DNA from: a virus
Taxonomy: Duplodnaviria; Caudoviricetes
Length of the DNA stretch: 37,613 bases
IMG/VR virus record: IMGVR_UViG_3300047282_000135
Coordinates: 1 to 37,613 of that record
Direction: 5' to 3' (one strand)
Shown here: one piece after another, positions 31,888 through 37,613 of the stretch
Numbering within the stretch: position 1 is the first letter of the stretch
Layout: each line of letters opens with the position of its first letter
Program-made: the position numbers and the translations under genes
Notes under the pieces: model-generated
Told to the model about the DNA's origin: nothing
The model's database searches: none
Seen by the model: the letters and a program-made list of their open reading frames with translations, nothing else

Positions 31888-34293
31888 TTACCTGGCACGA
31901 GCCAGGGAAAAGGGCGCTTCCGCGAAACATGCATAGACATATGTGCCGGCACTTGCATTAACAGAGGCGTCCGTGCTGCGGAGTTTGAATCCATTGCTCA
32001 CAATGTCCGCCAGATCCGCAGTGCCTTCAGCGTCTGCAGTGTTTGGATATAGCGGATCATTGTCGACGTTATAGCCTTCGCGGGCTGCGTCAATAATCGT
32101 CCAATTTCCAGTGGAATCAGTGCGCTTGATCATGATCCAGCGCGGGCGCATGTTGGTAAACACCATCGGACCATCTGCGCTGCCGTTGCCGGTGTAGGAA
32201 CCGAAGGCGCTGTAGCCCGCGACTGGGGCGAAGGCGTAGCAGACATAAGTGGTTCCACTACCGTTGTAATAACCCTGTCCGTAAGCCATTGTGATTACGG
32301 AGCTATCTGGCAAGGTGGACGTGATTGGCGGTTGTCCAGCGCTTGTTTGGGCGGCGGTATTATCCAGGTTTAGGTAGTTGTTAGCAGATAAGCTGCTATG
32401 CCAGACCATCCAGTTTGTTACGGCTGATCGTGCTTTCCAAATAAGAAACTTGGGTGCAGCACCTAAGCCGTGCCCGACCGTAGCTGCAGAACCTGAGCCC
32501 GTGTACGTGATAACTGAAAACCCTGCATTAGCATTAGCCCGCACCTGCGATGAGATGGTGCCAGCGGTGTTGGTGACGGTACTGCTGCCAGCGTCCCAGG
32601 TCCACGCTGCGTAGGTGGCGGCGTTGGTGTTGACCTGCGCCAATGTGCCAAGCGTGAAACCTGCAGTATTGAACGCCGTGACACCGCTATCGCTGGTGGC
32701 TTCTGCGCCCGTGGTGTTGCTTTCTAGGCGAGCTTGGGCGCCACGCACGCTGTCGTAAAGCGCGTGATCTGTAGCGGCAGAACGTGACTTGATCCAGATC
32801 AGGTCAGGGTTGAAACCAAGGGTGCTGGTGGGTGTCAGTGTGGAGCCGGTGCCCGTATAGGTCACCACATCCATCACCGTGGAGGGCTTGACGATGGTGG
32901 GTGCGGGCAGGTTTGCCGTGCAGAGCGCCTTGAAGCCGCTGGGGGCGGTGTAGGCGAATGGGCGTTGGCCGAAGTTGGCGGTTATTTTTGTTTCGTATAA
33001 AGTGCAAGCCGGAGTCTGGGTTCCGGTAAGTGCTGTTGTTATTGGGCTTGTACCTGTAGCCGGATCCGGCGATCCACTACCAAGCCACGTTCCATTTCTA
33101 CGGAACCATAGTTTTTTACTGTCTGCATCATACGCAACTCCAATGACATCACCATTGGCGCATCCAGTTGTCGTGAATACTACGCTTCCATTTACATAGA
33201 TGTCCAGATTGTTTTGATAGTTGAGCGTTACGGCAGCAGAATTATTGTTGCTAAGCCCTACATAGCCAGTTGTTGTTGACATATTGACGCTTGCCAATCC
33301 TATAGGCTCAAGAGCATACCCTACTGGTGTAGTTAATACCGAATACTCCCAATACCATTTGCCGCTTATCAAGCCAATAGAGCCTTTTATTGTTGCGTAG
33401 GTAGCCGCGTTGTCGTTGTCAAGGTTTCCGTTGGAGAGAACCGCGCTTGGGTTGCTGTCTACTGGATTCCAAGTGCAGTAATTCCCCCTCACCTCACCGC
33501 CGGCGCCGGTGTCGGCCTGCGTACCGTTGACGGGGACATCCACCAGGCTGTCGTTGCCTGCACCAGCGGTGACGGATAAGTTATTCGGCGTCCAGTTGTT
33601 GCCGTTGCCGGAGCTGTCTTTACCCAGCGTGGTGGCAGTGGCTGCGGAGTTATCCGCGAAGTCGAGTTTCCAGCCTTGCGACCCGTAGGTGCCCGCAAAG
33701 CGCTTGGGCATCCAGACGCCGGTGGTGGCGGAGAACTCACCGAAGCTGGTGGGGTCTAAGGCTTGGCCGTCGATGAAGTGGATGTCGGCTAGATAAGCGC
33801 CGCAATAACTTCCAGCAGTATCGGTACCGATAGCGTGGGAGCAATTATTGTTTACAAGATAGTCTGTATTTAGGGCAGGGAATGTACCCGTTAGGGTCTG
33901 TAAAGCACCGTTGACATATATCTTAATTCTGTCTGAACTTGTCACATTCGTGGAATCAAACGCCAATACAATGTGCCACCAAGCACTATAGTCCCTGAAT
34001 GCAGCGCTTGTGCCTACACTAAAACTGGGAGATGTATTAGTGTCGAAGTAGAGCTTGCTTAAGTAGTGGTACAAGCGAATATATTGTGTCTGGTTGGCAC
34101 CAAAGAAAATGCTTGTTTCTGGCGAGTGCTTAACCCACCCCGCCCAGGTCCACGTCTTGCGGTTGCCGGCAGATGCGGGGGTGCGGTTCAGATAAGCCGA
34201 ATCGGCGGAGTTGAACCGCAGGCTGCGGCTGATGGTGTAGCCACCTGCTCCAGCACTAGCAAGCAGCAGGGCGTTAGCGCTTCCGGGAATCAT
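31888..34293 (-). CDS. Tail fibre / receptor-binding protein with LamG-like and SPRY-like domains
   Basis: 801 aa from the ATG at 34293. LamG-like SLRFN and WWHIV, SPRY-like GKWYWE/GDVIGVA/NFGQ, and repeated YTGxG...PxxxxxKxR modules. Confidence 0.82.
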   Translation of the reverse strand: MIPGSANALLLASAGAGGYTISRSLRFNSADSAYLNRTPASAGNRKTWTWAGWVKHSPETSIFFGANQTQYIRLYHYLSKLYFDTNTSPSFSVGTSAAFRDYSAWWHIVLAFDSTNVTSSDRIKIYVNGALQTLTGTFPALNTDYLVNNNCSHAIGTDTAGSYCGAYLADIHFIDGQALDPTSFGEFSATTGVWMPKRFAGTYGSQGWKLDFADNSAATATTLGKDSSGNGNNWTPNNLSVTAGAGNDSLVDVPVNGTQADTGAGGEVRGNYCTWNPVDSNPSAVLSNGNLDNDNAATYATIKGSIGLISGKWYWEYSVLTTPVGYALEPIGLASVNMSTTTGYVGLSNNNSAAVTLNYQNNLDIYVNGSVVFTTTGCANGDVIGVAYDADSKKLWFRRNGTWLGSGSPDPATGTSPITTALTGTQTPACTLYETKITANFGQRPFAYTAPSGFKALCTANLPAPTIVKPSTVMDVVTYTGTGSTLTPTSTLGFNPDLIWIKSRSAATDHALYDSVRGAQARLESNTTGAEATSDSGVTAFNTAGFTLGTLAQVNTNAATYAAWTWDAGSSTVTNTAGTISSQVRANANAGFSVITYTGSGSAATVGHGLGAAPKFLIWKARSAVTNWMVWHSSLSANNYLNLDNTAAQTSAGQPPITSTLPDSSVITMAYGQGYYNGSGTTYVCYAFAPVAGYSAFGSYTGNGSADGPMVFTNMRPRWIMIKRTDSTGNWTIIDAAREGYNVDNDPLYPNTADAEGTADLADIVSNGFKLRSTDASVNASAGTYVYACFAEAPFSLARAR

Positions 34294-34811
34294 CAGCTCA
34301 GGTTGGTGATCAAGGTGGCGGTGATCTGTGTGGTGGACTGCACGGAATACACCAAGCAATCACGCGCCGCTGCAGTGGTGGTCAGCGTTGGCGCGGTGCC
34401 GCCGGTGAAGTCCCAGTAGCTGCCGTAGGACAGCGTGCGGGAGCCGGTGCCGTCTTGCGTGATCCAGATGCAACCGGACTGCCCAGCGGTCAGGTTGGTG
34501 GGATTGGCGAGAGTGCGGTTACCGCCGAGGGTGACGCTGAAGTTGTTGCTATCGCTGAAATCAGGCGTGATCGTCGCGCCGTCAGTCAGTGCTGTGATTT
34601 CACCGCGTTGCCCTTTGGTCCAAGTCTGGGCAGTATCAAGTCCGGCGCCATAGGGCAGGCTCGTGAGCGCACCGCCTTCAATCACATAAACCTTGTTCTC
34701 ATCCGTTGCGTAACAGATTTCGCCTTCTTGTAAATCAGCAATGCTGCTGTTGAGATTGCTATACGTGCCGCGTGCGATACGGACAGGGGTGCGTGTGGAT
34801 GGGGTTGGCAT
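34293..34811 (-). CDS. Tail fibre-associated protein
   Basis: LQEGEICYATD and ITQDGTGSRTL motifs. Confidence 0.7.
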   Translation of the reverse strand: MPTPSTRTPVRIARGTYSNLNSSIADLQEGEICYATDENKVYVIEGGALTSLPYGAGLDTAQTWTKGQRGEITALTDGATITPDFSDSNNFSVTLGGNRTLANPTNLTAGQSGCIWITQDGTGSRTLSYGSYWDFTGGTAPTLTTTAAARDCLVYSVQSTTQITATLITNLS

Positions 34812-36004
34812 TAGTTAAAGCTCCCGCCGTCGATGGTCGCAGATGTGGTCACTGTAGATGAGCCATTGGCGAAGTTTCCACCGTCGACAATGATGGCGCC
34901 AGCATCGCTAGCCCAGCTGAGAACACCGCTGCCGTTAGTGCTGAGCAGCTGACCGCTAGCGCCGTCCGCAGCGGGCAATGTCCAGGTGACGTTGCTAGCA
35001 ATCGTCGCGGGCGCCTGAAATGCAACCCAGTTGCCGCCGTGACCAGTTGCCTCGCCAAAGCGCAGATCCGATTGATTGTCTAATAGCAAATCACCCGTCA
35101 GGGTTCCGCCTGTCAAGGGGAGAAATCCTGAGCCAGTGGCTGCAATGGTGATGCTGCCATCGCCATTGGTAACAGTGACGCCGGTCCCTGCTGTGATGGT
35201 TGCCTTGGCGAGCGTGCCATCGGTCTTGCCAATCAGCAGCTGGCCATCGGTGTAGGTGGTCTGCCCTGTGCCGCCGTACCCCGTCGCAACAGTGGTGCCA
35301 TTCCACACGCCAGTGCTGATGGTGCCAACGCTGGTCAGGCTGCTGCTAACTACAGCGCTGCCAAGGCTGGTGGCATCAAGCACCTTGGTACCAGCGATGC
35401 GGTATTCCTTGCCGCTAGCGATATTGACGTGCTCGCTGAACGTCCACGCATCTGTGGCATCGATCCAGTTGATTGTCTTATCAGTAGTGCCTTTGAGCGT
35501 GATGCCACCACCGTCAGCCGTCACATCGGTTGGCGTGGTGACCTTGCCGATGATGATGTTTTTATCTTCAACGTCCAGCGTCTGAGTGTTGATAATCGTC
35601 TCAGTGCCGTTGACCGTTAAATCGCCTTGAATGATGACATTGTTGTCAAAGGTTGCCGCACCCGTCACGTCGAGCGTGCCAGGCACATCAATATTGCTGG
35701 CCCACTCAACACCAGTCCCAGCTGCATCGGTCTGCAACAACTGCCTAGCGGTGCCATCGGCCAGTTTGCTGACGGCAATCTCAGCATTGCTGGCGATATC
35801 CGCATTGACCAGCGGATAGGCGCTCAGCTGCGTACCACGCACATAGCCAAGGCTGGCCCATGCTGTGCTGCCGTTGCCGATTTTCCAGTAGCCGGTATCA
35901 CTCTCAACACCAATCTCGCCAGCCAGCAGCGTTGGATTCTCGGCTGTCCAGTTGGCTGCCGTATCGCGGCGCTGCCGCTGCAGTGCTGAGAGGGTGATAC
36001 TCAT
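34811..36004 (-). CDS. Tail fibre protein
   Basis: N-terminal RRDTAANW..NPTLLAGEIG...KIGNG.TAW; DLTVNGT, DGGGI and GGTGQT motifs; Thr/Gly-rich. Confidence 0.8.
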   Translation of the reverse strand: MSITLSALQRQRRDTAANWTAENPTLLAGEIGVESDTGYWKIGNGSTAWASLGYVRGTQLSAYPLVNADIASNAEIAVSKLADGTARQLLQTDAAGTGVEWASNIDVPGTLDVTGAATFDNNVIIQGDLTVNGTETIINTQTLDVEDKNIIIGKVTTPTDVTADGGGITLKGTTDKTINWIDATDAWTFSEHVNIASGKEYRIAGTKVLDATSLGSAVVSSSLTSVGTISTGVWNGTTVATGYGGTGQTTYTDGQLLIGKTDGTLAKATITAGTGVTVTNGDGSITIAATGSGFLPLTGGTLTGDLLLDNQSDLRFGEATGHGGNWVAFQAPATIASNVTWTLPAADGASGQLLSTNGSGVLSWASDAGAIIVDGGNFANGSSTVTTSATIDGGSFN

Positions 36005-36501
36005 GTCGCTGCGCCAGGGCTGATCACATAGTCGCGTGCTGGCGTGGCAGCAGCCAGCCCACCATTGAGAATATAGTCGCGTGCTGGTGTTGCAGCCGCC
36101 AAGCCGCCATCAAATACCAGATCTCCGGTGTTGATCGCATAGGTTGTCAGCTCAAGCTCAACGCTCCACAGGTCACAGGATCCATCTGTGATGACTGGCG
36201 GGCCTGCATACCGCCAGGCGTAATCACTGAGCAAACCAACTGGTGGCGTGGCGTAGCCATTCCACACCTCAGCGGACAGATAGAAGATGTCAAAGGTGCC
36301 TTGCCGGTCTAGGTAGTGAGTCTTGATGAGGTTCAGATCTGATTCGCTGATGTTGTTGAACGCCAGCTGCAGTGTCTGCGCGATCCTGCGGTTGCCTTGC
36401 CTGTAGCCGCTGTTGACGCCTGAGAGGGTCACCTGCTGCTGCTGTGGCACATCGCCAGGTGTGTAGACGCGAGCCGATGGGATTAGAGCAGGAAAGGCCA
36501 T
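36001..36501 (-). CDS. Minor tail protein (gpM/Dit-like), paralog 2
   Basis: MAFPALIP...WRYAGPP, with a duplicated GGLAAATPARDY at the C-terminus. Confidence 0.65.
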   Translation of the reverse strand: MAFPALIPSARVYTPGDVPQQQQVTLSGVNSGYRQGNRRIAQTLQLAFNNISESDLNLIKTHYLDRQGTFDIFYLSAEVWNGYATPPVGLLSDYAWRYAGPPVITDGSCDLWSVELELTTYAINTGDLVFDGGLAAATPARDYILNGGLAAATPARDYVISPGAAT

Positions 36502-36503
36502 GG

Positions 36504-36875
36504 CTAAATCGGCACCGTTTCAAGCTCAATGCTGATGTTGTATCGCCTTGGCGCTGCGATATCCACGCCGAATGGCCCGGTATATCGCCATTGGTAACTG
36601 GCTGAGCTGACTGGCGGCGTGGTGTAGCCGCCCCATACCTCAGCGGATAGATCGAAAGGGATCAGGCTGCCCTCTTGCCCTGCATAGTGATCCAGCAGCA
36701 GCTGGGCCTCAGCCTCTGTCAAAAACTCATAGCCGATACTGAGCGTTTGAGCGATGTAGGAGTTGCCCTGCTTGAATCGCACTTCACCACCACTGGTGCC
36801 GACGTATTGCTGCTGCGGTATGTCGCCCAGCGAGAGCGAACGTGTACGCGGTGCCAGCGCAGGGAAGGTGGCCAT
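36504..36875 (-). CDS. Minor tail protein (gpM/Dit-like), paralog 1
   Basis: MATFPALAP...HYAGQEG...WRYTGP, with TGATG coupling. Confidence 0.65.
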   Translation of the reverse strand: MATFPALAPRTRSLSLGDIPQQQYVGTSGGEVRFKQGNSYIAQTLSIGYEFLTEAEAQLLLDHYAGQEGSLIPFDLSAEVWGGYTTPPVSSASYQWRYTGPFGVDIAAPRRYNISIELETVPI

Positions 36876-37613
36876 CACACCACTGTAAAGGTGCCATTGA
36901 GCACATCATTGCTGATGCGAGCAATATCACTGCCGTTCACTGGGAACTGGGCTGCCTCGATGCTGGTGATGCCATCGGTCTGGTGGTTGATCGTTGTGAT
37001 CTGATACCACTCAATTTCGGTGCGGTTGTCTCCGGTACTGGTGATGCGCTGCCGCTGGATTTTGATCACGTCGGTTGGCTTCAGTCCAGCAGTCGAAAGT
37101 GGCGTTGCGAAACTGATCGAATGCACTGAATACTTACGCCGGACCAGGTAGTGCTTGGCATAGATCACAGCATGATCGCGATTGGCGCAAAAGTCCGACA
37201 TATCAAACTGCTCCACTGGGGCATCAAGGCTTACACCGCTGTAACGCACCTGCACGCTTTGCTGCGTGCCAATGGCATCAGGACCATTCAGGCGATAAAG
37301 CACCGTGGCTGTCACGTCGGTTTTGTCTGCTGCTGCTACATAGGTCTTGCTGAATGAACCTGGCAGGATCTCGTCTTCTGTAAACGTCGCCACTGGCGTC
37401 AGCGCTGTTATGTCGATCTCTTGACTGCCATTCAATGGCAGCAGCGGCTCAAACCGATACTGACCGCCATTCGACTGGAAAGACAGCAGGAAATAAGGCG
37501 CAGTCTCGCTCAGGAACTCCACGATGTTCAGAGAGTCCGAGATCACCCCATTGAAGTGAAGGCCGTATTCATCGCAGAACGCAGCCAGATCTTCCATGTT
37601 GCCGGTGTAGATC
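36875..37613 (-). CDS. Tail tip/central hub protein, C-terminal part of the junction-spanning gene that starts at 1545
   Basis: Same frame as 1-1545 through the 127-nt overlap. FNGVI, FTEDEILPGSF and LKPTDVIKI motifs. Confidence 0.8.
   Translation of the reverse strand, partial: IYTGNMEDLAAFCDEYGLHFNGVISDSLNIVEFLSETAPYFLLSFQSNGGQYRFEPLLPLNGSQEIDITALTPVATFTEDEILPGSFSKTYVAAADKTDVTATVLYRLNGPDAIGTQQSVQVRYSGVSLDAPVEQFDMSDFCANRDHAVIYAKHYLVRRKYSVHSISFATPLSTAGLKPTDVIKIQRQRITSTGDNRTEIEWYQITTINHQTDGITSIEAAQFPVNGSDIARISNDVLNGTFTVV
37487..37613. repeat. Terminal repeat copy of 1-127
   Basis: Exact match to the window start. Confidence 0.95.

Noticed and set aside
31888-34293. Diversity-generating retroelement acting on the tail fibre
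   Set aside because: No reverse transcriptase ORF and no template/variable repeat pair were seen.

Overview
The window is an apparently complete, circularly permuted siphovirus genome of about 37,486 bp. The first and last 127 nt are identical, most likely an assembly overlap, and a tail-tip gene runs through the junction. It is GC-rich and its gene content suggests a picocyanobacterial (Synechococcus/Cyanobium-like) host, which is an inference. The minus strand carries a lambda-type packaging module (cos-like site, Nu1-like and GpA terminase subunits, gpW-like protein, lambda-family portal). Next come a protease-major capsid fusion, tail genes with a -1 frameshift chaperone, tape measure, tail tip and fibres, lysis genes and dCTP deaminase. 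The replication genes (SF2 helicase, HNH, VRR-NUC, primase-helicase, iteron region) are also on the minus strand. The plus strand carries RecE/RecT-like recombination genes and many small ORFs. No integrase or tRNA was recognised. The standout feature is at 19971-21545: a Cas7/RAMP-like gene with a translationally coupled partner ORF, flanked by three non-coding units. Each unit is 14-17 pentamers of a semi-conserved triplet plus a variable dinucleotide, ending in a shared ACCAC-N-GA / stem-loop / GCAAC terminus. Read as codon positions 1-2, the variable dinucleotides spell capsid-like and HTH-like peptides. This suggests an RNA-guided, wobble-skipping (VIPR-like) system aimed at a competing phage or satellite.
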